This document shows, one piece after another, positions 20,639 to 29,723 of a stretch of DNA of 64,000 nucleotides. The notes beneath the pieces are model-generated. The model saw nothing but the letters and a program-made list of their open reading frames with translations. It was not told where the DNA came from and did not search any database. Positions within the stretch are counted from its first letter, which is position 1. Every line of letters begins with the position of its first letter. The stretch is from Candidatus Fervidifonticultor secundus. Lineage in GTDB: Bacteria; Sysuimicrobiota; Sysuimicrobiia; Sysuimicrobiales; Humicultoraceae. The stretch spans positions 96,355 through 160,354 of the forward strand of contig JAVKIP010000002.1 in NCBI GenBank assembly GCA_031459385.1, in the 5' to 3' direction. Made by a program: the position numbers and the translations under genes.

Positions 20639-21994
20639 ATGACCGACCCGCCATCCCGTGCACCCGCGTCGTTCCACTACGCATGGATCGTGCTGGGCGC
20701 AGTCATGCTCGTCCTGTTGACCGCCTCAGGCGTGCGGTCGTCGTTCGGCATCTTCATCAGGCCCATAGAGGCCGACTTCCAGACCGGCCGCGCGGCGCTC
20801 TCGCTGGTGGCCTCGCTGTCCCTGTTCCTCTATGGCGCCGCCGGGCCGGTGGTCGGGTACCTGGCGGACCGGTGGGGCCCGCGCTGGGTACTCGCCGGGG
20901 CCGTAGCGCTCCTCGGGGCAGGGGCCGTCGCGTCGTCGTTCGTCACGAGCCTGTGGCAGGTCTACGTGACCGCCGGCGTGCTGACGGCGCTGGGCGCGGG
21001 TGGCGCGGCAATGTCCGTGGCGGCCTCCCTGGCGGCCCGCTGGTTCGATACCCGGCGAGGACTGGTGCTGGGCCTGGCCGGGGCGGGCATGGCAGGCGGC
21101 CAGCTGCTCATCGTGCCCCTGGTCATGGCCGTGACGCTGACGTGGGGCTGGCGCATGGGTTACCTGGGGCTGGGGATCGGGTTCCTCGCGGTCATCCTGC
21201 CCGTGGTGCTCCTGCTGGTGCGCAACGATCCCCAGGACGTCGGGCTCCGGCCGTTTGGTGCCGCCGCCGACGCGCGGCCGGTCACCGCCGCGTCGCGCGC
21301 CGCCGCGCGGACTGGAGTGCGCGACGCGGCCCGTACGGTGCCCTTCTGGCTGCTGGCCGGATCGTTCTGGGTGTGCGGCTACACCACGTCGGGGCTCGTC
21401 CTTACCCACCTGGTGCCCCACGCGACGGAGCATGGCTTCCACGCGGGTCAGGCGGCCCAGGCGCTGGGCCTCATGGGCGCGCTGAACATCCTGGGCACCG
21501 TGGGGTCAGGCTGGATCTGCGACCGATACGGCGCGCGCGCGCCGCTGGCAGCTTACTACCTGCTGCGGGGCCTGTCGCTGGTCTTCCTGCCCTTCGTGGG
21601 TACCGCGCCAGGGTTGTTTGCGTTTGCCGCCGTCTACGGGTTGAACTACATTTCCACGGTTCCGCCTACCACGGCTCTCACGGCCCAGGTCTACGGACGC
21701 TACTCGGTCGGTGAGCTCTCGGGCTGGATCTTCTTCTCCCATCAGATCGGGGCGGCTGTCGGCGCGCTGGTGGGCGGGGTCTTCTACGATCGGTTCGGGA
21801 ACTACGTGCTGGCGTTCCATTCCGCCGCGGCACTGGCGCTGGTCGCCGTGGTGATGGTCCTGGCGATCCGCCCCGAGCCGCTCGGAGGATCGGCCCGCCC
21901 GCCGCGCCCGCAGGCCGTGCCGGCGCCCGCGGGCGGTCGCCCGCACGGGGTGGTCGTGACCGACCGCCCGGTCGTGGTCCGCGCGAGGCGCTGA
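20639..21994 (+). CDS. MFS transporter
   Basis: About 12 TM segments; GYLADRWGPR and GWICDRYG loop motifs. Confidence 0.9.
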   Translation: MTDPPSRAPASFHYAWIVLGAVMLVLLTASGVRSSFGIFIRPIEADFQTGRAALSLVASLSLFLYGAAGPVVGYLADRWGPRWVLAGAVALLGAGAVASSFVTSLWQVYVTAGVLTALGAGGAAMSVAASLAARWFDTRRGLVLGLAGAGMAGGQLLIVPLVMAVTLTWGWRMGYLGLGIGFLAVILPVVLLLVRNDPQDVGLRPFGAAADARPVTAASRAAARTGVRDAARTVPFWLLAGSFWVCGYTTSGLVLTHLVPHATEHGFHAGQAAQALGLMGALNILGTVGSGWICDRYGARAPLAAYYLLRGLSLVFLPFVGTAPGLFAFAAVYGLNYISTVPPTTALTAQVYGRYSVGELSGWIFFSHQIGAAVGALVGGVFYDRFGNYVLAFHSAAALALVAVVMVLAIRPEPLGGSARPPRPQAVPAPAGGRPHGVVVTDRPVVVRARR

Positions 21995-22974
21995 TGGACG
22001 CGGCGTTCCTCTGGCCCTCGGCGCTGTGGCTGCTCTGGCTCGTGCCCGGGGTGGCGCTAGCCTACCGCCGGGCGCGTCGGCGGGCGCCCGCCGGCCAGGT
22101 CATGTTTCCGCACGTGGGCTTGCTGGCCGAGGCCGCGGGCCATGCGCGGCCCGTGCGCCAGCACCTGGCGACGGCGTTATTCCTGGCCGCGCTGGCGTTC
22201 GTCGTAACCGGGCTGGCCCGCCCCCAGGTACCCTTGCCGGTGCCGGCCGACCGTTCGGCGATCGTCCTGGCCATCGACATCAGCGGTAGCATGCGGTCCA
22301 CGGACGTGCTGCCCAACCGGCTGGCGGCGGCGCAGGAGGCGGCGCGCGCATTCCTCCGCACGGTGCCGGCCAGTGTCCGCGTGGGCCTGGTGAGCTTTGG
22401 CGGGTACGCGTCATTGCTCGTGCCGCCCACCACCGAGCGCCAGCCGCTGTTCGACGCGATCGACGGGCTGCGCTTCATCCGCCGGACCGCGATCGGCGAG
22501 GGGTTGCTGGAGGCGGTCGCCGCGCTTCCGGGGCGCGTGCGCGCCCATCCCGATGGTACGCTGGCGGCGCGGCCGCCCGGCCCGCTGCCTCCCGGCGTGG
22601 TGATCCTGCTCTCCGATGGCCGCAGCAACACCGGTATCGACGCGGTGCAGGCGGCGGCCATCGCCCGCCAGCAGGAGGTCGTCGTCTACACCGTCGGCGT
22701 GGGGCAGCCGCAGACTCCCGACAACGCCTGGACCATCGGTGGCCCGCTGGACGAGGCGGAGTTGCAGGCGGTGGCGCGGGAGGCCGGCGGCAAGTACTTC
22801 CGCGCCACCTCCGCAGCAGGTCTGCGGGAGACCTATGAGCGCCTCGCCCGCGCCGTCGGGTGGGAGCGTCGGCCGCAGGAAGTCACCGGAGTGGTGGGGC
22901 TGCTGGGGGGGCTCGCCCTCGCCGCGGCGGTGGCCGTCTCCGGCGTGCTCACGCACCGGCTGGGCGTTCCGTAG
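21994..22974 (+). CDS. Membrane-anchored VWA domain protein (BatA-like)
   Basis: N-terminal TM, LARP, MIDAS DISGSM, TAIGEG, LLSDG, C-terminal TM. Confidence 0.88.
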   Translation: MDAAFLWPSALWLLWLVPGVALAYRRARRRAPAGQVMFPHVGLLAEAAGHARPVRQHLATALFLAALAFVVTGLARPQVPLPVPADRSAIVLAIDISGSMRSTDVLPNRLAAAQEAARAFLRTVPASVRVGLVSFGGYASLLVPPTTERQPLFDAIDGLRFIRRTAIGEGLLEAVAALPGRVRAHPDGTLAARPPGPLPPGVVILLSDGRSNTGIDAVQAAAIARQQEVVVYTVGVGQPQTPDNAWTIGGPLDEAELQAVAREAGGKYFRATSAAGLRETYERLARAVGWERRPQEVTGVVGLLGGLALAAAVAVSGVLTHRLGVP

Positions 22975-23075
22975 CTGCCACAGCGGCCCCTCGCGCAGGG
23001 CCCGCGTGCAATTCCTCCGATGTCGGTCTGCGAGTATTCCATGAACCCACGGGGGCGCGCGCGCATCCGTGGCTG

Positions 23076-23104
23076 TTGCGCGTGCGCCACCCGGAGGCTA
23101 TGCT
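23076..23104 (+). promoter_or_regulatory. Putative sigma70 promoter for the riboswitch leader
   Basis: TTGCGC(23076)-17 bp-TATGCT(23099). Confidence 0.55.
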
Positions 23105-23123
23105 GGAAACAGCACCGAGAGGC

Positions 23124-23269
23124 CGCAGCCTTCCGGGGCAGGGTGAGACGCTGGATGACGGCGTCAATTCCCGATCGGCGGTAACAGCCCGTGAGACCGG
23201 CGCGGAGCCGGTCGTGGCCCGGTGGAACTCCGGGGCCGACGGTAGAGTCCGTATGAGGTGAAGGCTGCG
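23124..23269 (+). ncRNA. FMN (RFN)-class riboswitch aptamer, variant
   Basis: P1 CGCAGCCTTC/GAAGGCTGCG encloses GGGGCAGGGTGA..AATTCCCGATCGGCGGT..AGCCCGTGA..CCCGGTGGAACTCCGGGGCCGACGGTAGAGTCCGTATG, matching RFN architecture. Confidence 0.88.
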
Positions 23270-23298
23270 AGGTCCTGGCGCGTTCGCACCGCCCCGGG

Positions 23299-23328
23299 GG
23301 ACGCCCGAGTTCGGGCGTCTTTTGCTTT
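23299..23328 (+). terminator. Intrinsic terminator (riboswitch expression platform)
   Basis: GACGCCCGA-GT-TCGGGCGTC followed by TTTTGCTTT, located before the RBS and ATG 23348. Confidence 0.8.
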
Positions 23329-23347
23329 GCGCCAGAAGGAGCCGACG

Positions 23348-24487
23348 ATGGTGGCTGGTACGCGTCGCACGACCGCCCTCCTGCTGGCGGGCCTCGGCCT
23401 GCTGTTGGCCCTCCCCCGGCCGGCGCCCGGCCAGGCGCTGGAAGATCGGCTGGTCGTGATGACCCCCATCCCGCGCGAGGTCGCCGATACCGTGGCCGAC
23501 CGCTTCGCCGAGCACGCGCGGCAGCGGTACGGCGCGCCCCTGCGGCCGACGCTGGTGTTCCTGGGCGGTCCCACGATGTATGCCCGCGTCCTGGAGTGGC
23601 GCGGCCGCCCTGATGCCGATCTGCTGTGGGCCAGCGAGGCTGAGGTGCTGGACGACCTCGTCAACCGTCGGCTCCTCGTCCTCCACGAGCTGCCCGAGGC
23701 GCTGGTTCGGGACGTCCCGCAGGCGATCGGCGGGCCCCGGGCGATCCCGTTGCGCGACGGTCGCGGCTACTGGATCGGGACCGCCCTGACGCCCGCTGGC
23801 ATCGTGTACCACCCACGGCTGCTGCGGCGCCTGGGCCTCGATCCGCCGCACGACTGGGACGACCTGCTCGACTGCCGCCTGCGAGGCCAGGTCGTGCAGA
23901 CCACGCCCGACCGCTCCGCGACGAACCACAGCTCGCTCGAGGTGATCCTGCAGCTCCGCGGCTGGCAGCGCGGGTGGGAGTGGGCCCAGCGGCTGGCCGC
24001 GACGACCGGCATCTACGTCACTCGTAGCCGCGACGTGCCGACGTTCGTGGCGCGCGGCGAGTTCGCCGTGGGCTTCGCCGTGCTCAGCTACATGGCGTTC
24101 CAGGAGGTGCTCGGCGGCCACGATATCCGCTTCGTGAGCCCGCCCTACGCCTGGATCTCGCCGGCGCCGTCTGCCGTGCTGGCCGGTGCCCGGTCGCCGC
24201 GTGCCGCCCGCGCGTTCCTGCAGTTCCTCCTCAGTGACGAAGGGCAGCGGCTCATGATGGCTCACGGGCTGTTTCCGATCGTGCCGCGCTTCAAGATGGA
24301 GGGCCCACCCGGGTCCGTCGCCGCGCAGGCCGCGACGTTCGCCGGCATGCGGTCGTTCTTCGACCGGCCCGTCCGGACGATCTACGACGACGACCTGGCG
24401 CAGAAGCGCTACCAGGAGGTGAATGAGCTCTACCGCAAGCTCGTCTTCGAGCGACACGACCAGCTGAAGCGGCTGCACTGTCCCTGA
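23348..24487 (+). CDS. ABC solute-binding protein (Fe3+/thiamine/polyamine-type fold), no transporter genes adjacent
   Basis: Signal peptide; PDADLLW, WDDLLD, PDRSAT, VARGEFAVG, ARAFLQFLLSDEGQ; RBS AAGGAG. Confidence 0.85.
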   Translation: MVAGTRRTTALLLAGLGLLLALPRPAPGQALEDRLVVMTPIPREVADTVADRFAEHARQRYGAPLRPTLVFLGGPTMYARVLEWRGRPDADLLWASEAEVLDDLVNRRLLVLHELPEALVRDVPQAIGGPRAIPLRDGRGYWIGTALTPAGIVYHPRLLRRLGLDPPHDWDDLLDCRLRGQVVQTTPDRSATNHSSLEVILQLRGWQRGWEWAQRLAATTGIYVTRSRDVPTFVARGEFAVGFAVLSYMAFQEVLGGHDIRFVSPPYAWISPAPSAVLAGARSPRAARAFLQFLLSDEGQRLMMAHGLFPIVPRFKMEGPPGSVAAQAATFAGMRSFFDRPVRTIYDDDLAQKRYQEVNELYRKLVFERHDQLKRLHCP

Positions 24488-24499
24488 GACCGTCGCGCA

Positions 24500-24537
24500 C
24501 GGCAGAGGCTGGACATGCCTCTGCCGGTGACTATAAT
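24500..24537 (+). promoter_or_regulatory. Hairpin (possible terminator) overlapping the tRNA-Lys promoter
   Basis: CGGCAGAGGC/GCCTCTGCCG inverted repeat with TGGACA (-35) in the loop; TATAAT at 24532. Confidence 0.6.
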
Positions 24538-24551
24538 GTGAACCGGAACGA

Positions 24552-24627
<76 letters not shown>

Positions 24628-24833
24628 GAGGGAGTACAGCCGGCGATGCGGGTCGCTGCCCGCGTCTCTCGTTTCTCACGGATGCATGCCAACGTCCCCA
24701 GCCGTCGGGCACAGCTGACGCCGTTCCGCTGCGCGACGAGTGGTGCCATAGGGATGCGGGTCTTGCGCCCCGATCGGCGTCACAGCGCCCTCCGGTGAGC
24801 GTACGCTGTGGCTGAGGAGGGAGATCCGGCCCG

Positions 24834-26039
24834 GTGGCCCTGCCGAGGTTGCGTCCGGCCCTGGATGCGTATCCCGTCCGCCTGAACGGGCGCGACCTGA
24901 TCGCGGTCCGTGATCCCGAAGGTGTAGCCGAGAAGCCGGTACTGCTGTCGCCGCAGACCTTCTTTGTCGCGCTTCTGCTCGACGGCACCCGCGACGTCCT
25001 GGACGTGCAGGCGGAGTACGCACGTCGGTCAGGCGGCACCCTGCTGTTCTCCTGGGACCTTCAGCGCATCGTCGAGGACCTCGACCGTCACGGGCTCTTG
25101 GAGAGCGAGACGTTGCGCGCCCGCCGCGAGGCTATCGACCGGGAGTTCCGGGCATCACCCGTTCGGGCGCCGTTCCACGCCGGCACGGCCTATCCGGCGG
25201 AGGCCGGCGCACTGCGCCGGATACTGGCAGAGTACCTGGCCGGTGTGGCACAGGACGAGCTGGCCAACCTTGAGCCCCGCGGTATCGTCGCGCCGCACAT
25301 CGACCTGGCCCGCGGCGGCTGGTGCTACGGCTGGGCGTACGCAGCACTGGCCCGCCGCCTGCCCCAGACCTGCTTCCTGCTCGGCGTCGCCCACAGCGCG
25401 CCGCCGGCGCCGGTCGTCCTCACCACCAAGCCGTTTGTGACGCCCCTGGGGGCGATCCCGGTGGACCATGAAGCTGTGGCGCAGCTCCAGGATCGGCTCG
25501 GTGACCTCACGGTTCACGAGGTCATCCATCGGACCGAGCACTCGCTGGAGTTCCAGGTGCTCTTCCTGCAGGCGATCGGGCAGGATCGGCCGCCGGCGAT
25601 CGTCCCGCTCCTGGTCTCCCCGCTGGAGCAGTGGGTTCCGGCGGGGGAGTCGCCCCGACGGGTCGATGTGGTGGAGCGCGTGATCCAGGCGCTCCGGGAT
25701 GTGGCCACCGCCCGCTCCGGCGCAAGTGCGGTGGTCGCCGCTGTGGACTTCAGCCATGTCGGCCCCCGGTTTGGCGACGCCGAGCCGCCCTCGGTGGCGC
25801 TGGCCGCACGGACCTCGGCCCGCGACCGGGAGGTCCTCGAAGCCATCATCCTGGGTGACGCTGAGGCCTTCTGGGCGTCGGTCACCGCCGGCGGCAACCC
25901 CCAGCGGATCGACGCCCTGTCAGCGGTCTACGTCACCCTGCGGGTCCTCGAACCGGTGCGCGGGCGACTGCTGCGGTACGGGACCGCCGAGGACCCTGCG
26001 GGAGGGATCGTCTCGTTCGCCAGCCTGGCCCTGCTGTGA
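24834..26039 (+). CDS. MEMO1-family protein (AmmeMemoRadiSam protein B) with N-terminal extension
   Basis: HAGTAYP, APHID, LGVAH, TPLG, EHSLEFQ, DFSHVGPRFGD, VSFAS. Confidence 0.85.
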   Translation: MALPRLRPALDAYPVRLNGRDLIAVRDPEGVAEKPVLLSPQTFFVALLLDGTRDVLDVQAEYARRSGGTLLFSWDLQRIVEDLDRHGLLESETLRARREAIDREFRASPVRAPFHAGTAYPAEAGALRRILAEYLAGVAQDELANLEPRGIVAPHIDLARGGWCYGWAYAALARRLPQTCFLLGVAHSAPPAPVVLTTKPFVTPLGAIPVDHEAVAQLQDRLGDLTVHEVIHRTEHSLEFQVLFLQAIGQDRPPAIVPLLVSPLEQWVPAGESPRRVDVVERVIQALRDVATARSGASAVVAAVDFSHVGPRFGDAEPPSVALAARTSARDREVLEAIILGDAEAFWASVTAGGNPQRIDALSAVYVTLRVLEPVRGRLLRYGTAEDPAGGIVSFASLALL

Positions 26040-26263
26040 GCCGCGTTCCCCGCTGGCTCCGCACTGGCCTCGGGAGATTGTGACGAGTCCCGTTTGTTTT
26101 TTTTGACGGGTGCCCGAGGCATGGACATCCGGACGGGACCTGCCGTAGAATGGTCCGGGGTAGGAGCGGTCGGGCCGGCAGGGTCATCCGCCGGCCTGTC
26201 TGTTTCCGACCCCGGCCTGTCGGCGGAGGCGCAAGGAGCTGCTGCCGGGTTGGATGAGGGTGG

Positions 26264-26350
26264 GCGGGCGTAGCCGAACTGGTAGAGGCGCCAGACTTAG
26301 GCTCTGGTCGGCGTGAGCCGGTGGGGGTTCGAGTCCCTCCGCCCGCACCA
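26264..26350 (+). tRNA. tRNA-Leu(TAG)
   Basis: Acceptor GCGGGCG/CGCCCGC, anticodon arm CCAGA-CT TAG GC-TCTGG, long variable arm, CCA; usual position upstream of tig. Confidence 0.93.
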
Positions 26351-26385
26351 GGCAGCACCCCCGGACATCGGCCAGGAGGCGGTCG

Positions 26386-27639
26386 ATGAAAGTCGAGTGG
26401 AGGCGGGAGTCGCCCAGTCGGGCGGTTCTGGACGTGGAGGTGCCGGCCGGAGACGTGGGCCGGGAGGTCCAGGCTGCCGCGGCGCGGCTCGCTCGTCAGG
26501 TCCGCGTGCCGGGGTTCCGGCCGGGACGGGCGCCCCGCGCAGTGCTGGAGCGATACGTCGGGCGCGATGAGATCTACAGCGAGGCGCTGGAGGGCCTGGT
26601 CGCGGCGGCATACCGGCGCGCCGTTGCGGAAGCCGGTGTCGTCCCCGTGGGACGCCCCGAGTTCGAGGTCCCGGCGCTCGACGAGACCCAGCCACTGCGG
26701 TTCACGGCGCGGGTGGACATCGCGCCCGACGTGGACCCGGGCGACTATGCGGCGGTGCGCGTCCCGTACGCCGCGCCGGTCGTGGCGGACGCCGATGTCG
26801 ACGCGGCGATCGAGGACCTTCGCCGGCGGCGCGGTCGCCTGGTGTCGGTGCAGGAGCGAGCAGCCCGCGGCGACTTCGTGCTCGTCCGCCCCACGACGGT
26901 GGACGGGGTCGAGCGGTTCGCGGTCGGGCGGGAGGTGCTGGTCGAACTCGGCGCCGGCGTGCTCCCTCCCGAAGTGGAAGCCGGGTTGGAGGGCGTCGCG
27001 GCTGGCGATGAGCGGACGCTGACGGTCGGCGAGGCCGGGCGCCTCGTCCTGGCCGTCATCGATGTGCGCCGGCGCGAGTTGCCGCCACTGGACGACGCGT
27101 TCGCGCGCGGGGTGGGGAACGTCGCCTCCCTCGACGAGCTGCGCGCGCAGCTGCGCCAGCAGCTCGAACGCGAGGCGGCCGCACGCGCCCAGGAGGCCTA
27201 CGAAGAGCAGGTGCTGACGGCGGTGCTCGAGCGCGCGGCGGTCGAACTCCCGGTGAGCATGGTGGAACACGAACTCGACCACCTCGTCGAGGAGTTGCAG
27301 GAAGCCCTCCAGCGCCGCGGCATCACGCTGGAGCGGTACCTGGCGTCCACCGGGCAGGGGCTGGACGCTCTGCGGGCAGAGCTGCGTCCCCGCGCCGAGC
27401 GCCGGCTGAGAGTACGGTTGGTGTTGGACGCGATCGCCGACCGGGAGGGGCTGGCGCCGACGCAAGAGGAGATCACTGCCGAGGAAGAGAAACTCGCCGC
27501 GGACCTGGGGCTGGATCTCCCGCGGGTGCGGGACTGGCTGGCAGAGGGTACCCGGCGGGATGCGATGCAGGCCGTGCTCCGCCGGCGCACGACGATCGCC
27601 ACGCTGGTGGCGCGCGCGAGAGGCGAGGTGGACGGATAG
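26386..27639 (+). CDS. tig: Trigger factor
   Basis: [10 protein letters not shown] ribosome-binding loop, [10 protein letters not shown]; synteny tig-clpP-clpX-lon. Confidence 0.9.
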   Translation: MKVEWRRESPSRAVLDVEVPAGDVGREVQAAAARLARQVRVPGFRPGRAPRAVLERYVGRDEIYSEALEGLVAAAYRRAVAEAGVVPVGRPEFEVPALDETQPLRFTARVDIAPDVDPGDYAAVRVPYAAPVVADADVDAAIEDLRRRRGRLVSVQERAARGDFVLVRPTTVDGVERFAVGREVLVELGAGVLPPEVEAGLEGVAAGDERTLTVGEAGRLVLAVIDVRRRELPPLDDAFARGVGNVASLDELRAQLRQQLEREAAARAQEAYEEQVLTAVLERAAVELPVSMVEHELDHLVEELQEALQRRGITLERYLASTGQGLDALRAELRPRAERRLRVRLVLDAIADREGLAPTQEEITAEEEKLAADLGLDLPRVRDWLAEGTRRDAMQAVLRRRTTIATLVARARGEVDG

Positions 27640-27640
27640 C

Positions 27641-28243
27641 ATGACCCTGGTACCCATCGTCGTCGAGCAGACGCCCCGCGGGGAGCGCGCCTACGACATC
27701 TACTCCCGGTTGCTAAAGGAGCGCATCATCTTCCTCGGCGGACCGATCGACGACGACGTCGCCAACCTGGTCATCGCCCAGCTGCTCTACCTGGAGGGTG
27801 AGGACCCCGACAAAGACATCATGCTGTACGTCAACAGCCCGGGTGGCGACCTGATCGCGTCCCTGGCCATCTACGACACGATGCAGTACGTCCGTCCCAG
27901 TATCGCCACCATCTGCGTGGGACTGGCGGCGAGCGGAGGGGCGCTGGTCCTCGCCGGCGGGACGAAGGGGAAGCGCTCGGCACTGCCATACTCGCGGATC
28001 ATGATCCACCAGCCGTGGGGTGGCGCGCAGGGCCAGACCACTGATATTGACATCCAGGCCCGGGAGTTCCTCAAGATGCGGGCCATCATGAACGAGATCC
28101 TGGCCCGGCACACGGGGCAGCCCCTGGAACGGATCGAACGCGACACCGACCGCAACTTCTGGATGAGTGCCAGCGAGGCGAAAGAGTACGGTCTGATCGA
28201 CCAGGTGATCCAACCGCGGGAGCGCGTGTCGAAAGGCGGATGA
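27641..28243 (+). CDS. clpP: Clp protease proteolytic subunit
   Basis: [39 protein letters not shown]. Confidence 0.96.
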   Translation: MTLVPIVVEQTPRGERAYDIYSRLLKERIIFLGGPIDDDVANLVIAQLLYLEGEDPDKDIMLYVNSPGGDLIASLAIYDTMQYVRPSIATICVGLAASGGALVLAGGTKGKRSALPYSRIMIHQPWGGAQGQTTDIDIQAREFLKMRAIMNEILARHTGQPLERIERDTDRNFWMSASEAKEYGLIDQVIQPRERVSKGG

Positions 28244-28250
28244 ACACGTC

Positions 28251-29519
28251 GTGTTTCGTGGCAGCGATGAGCGTGAGCGCATGAAGTGCTCCTTCTGCGG
28301 CAAGCCCCAGGCCCAGGTTCGCAAGCTCGTCGCCGGCCCGGGCGTGTACATCTGCGACGAGTGCATCGAGCTCTGCAGCGAGATCGTCGAAGAGGAACTG
28401 GCTGCAGAGGAGCCGCGGCCGGGGCTGCGTCCGACGCCCAAGCCACGGGAGATCTACGAGGCGCTCTGCGAGTACGTCGTCGGCCAGGATCGGGCCAAGA
28501 AGGCCCTGTCGGTTGCGGTCTACAACCACTACAAGCGCATCGGGAACCGGCGACCCTCGGACGTCGAGCTCCAGAAGTCCAACATCCTGCTGATCGGCCC
28601 GACAGGATGCGGGAAGACTCTCCTGGCCCAGACGCTGGCCCGGATCCTGGACGTGCCGTTCGCCATCGCCGACGCCACGTCCCTCACCGAGGCCGGATAT
28701 GTCGGGGAAGACGTCGAGAACATTCTGCTGCGGCTCATCCAGGCCGCTGACTACGAGATCAAGAAGGCCGAACGCGGGATCATCTACATCGACGAGGTCG
28801 ACAAGATTGCCCGGAAGAGCGAGAACCCCTCGATCACGCGTGATGTCTCCGGCGAGGGGGTCCAACAGGCGCTCCTCAAGATCCTGGAAGGCACGGTGGC
28901 CAACGTGCCCCCCCAGGGTGGCCGGAAGCATCCGCATCAAGAGTTCATCCAGATCGATACCACCAATGTCCTCTTCATCTGCGGCGGTGCCTTCGAAGGG
29001 CTCGAGCGCATCATTGAGTCGCGCGTGCGGCAGACCAGCATGGGGTTTGGGGCGCCTGTGGCGTCCCGCACCAAACAGGACGTGGCGGCGCTGCTGGCGC
29101 AGATCATGCCGCAGGACCTGCTGCGGTTTGGACTGATTCCCGAGTTTATCGGGCGCCTGCCGATCATCGTGCCGCTGGAGCCCCTCGACGAGGACGACCT
29201 GGTCCGCGTACTCGTCGAACCGAAAAACTCGCTGGTGCGGCAGTACCAGACGATCCTCGAGATGGACAGCGTGGAACTCTCGTTCACCGACGAGGCGCTG
29301 CGCGCGATCGCCCGCGAGGCGATGGCGCGGAACACCGGGGCGCGGGGCCTGCGGACCATCATCGAAGAGGTCATGCTCGACATCATGTACGAGATCCCGT
29401 CCCGTGCCGACATCCGGCGGTGCGTCGTCACCGAGGACGCGGCGCTCCGCCGCGCAGGGCCGCTCCTGCTGACCGCCACCGACCTCAAGAAGCACGGTCG
29501 GGAGCGCTCGGCTTCCTAA
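28251..29519 (+). CDS. clpX: Clp protease ATP-binding subunit ClpX
   Basis: CSFCGK..ICDEC zinc finger, [20 protein letters not shown] loop. Confidence 0.97.
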   Translation: MFRGSDERERMKCSFCGKPQAQVRKLVAGPGVYICDECIELCSEIVEEELAAEEPRPGLRPTPKPREIYEALCEYVVGQDRAKKALSVAVYNHYKRIGNRRPSDVELQKSNILLIGPTGCGKTLLAQTLARILDVPFAIADATSLTEAGYVGEDVENILLRLIQAADYEIKKAERGIIYIDEVDKIARKSENPSITRDVSGEGVQQALLKILEGTVANVPPQGGRKHPHQEFIQIDTTNVLFICGGAFEGLERIIESRVRQTSMGFGAPVASRTKQDVAALLAQIMPQDLLRFGLIPEFIGRLPIIVPLEPLDEDDLVRVLVEPKNSLVRQYQTILEMDSVELSFTDEALRAIAREAMARNTGARGLRTIIEEVMLDIMYEIPSRADIRRCVVTEDAALRRAGPLLLTATDLKKHGRERSAS

Positions 29520-29723
29520 GGACGTTCCCCGCGATCGTGCCGCCGGCCCTGGTCCGGGTCGCGCATGGAGTTCGCCACTATAGAACTTTTTAGGCGATGG
29601 ACCTCCGGTCCAGGCCGGGGCGCCGGGAACAGGACCGGGATGGGCATCGTTTTGTTAATACGAGCACCGCGTGGCATCCCCACCGGTCCGCGTCATCGCT
29701 GGTAGGCAGGCTCAAAGGAGAGC

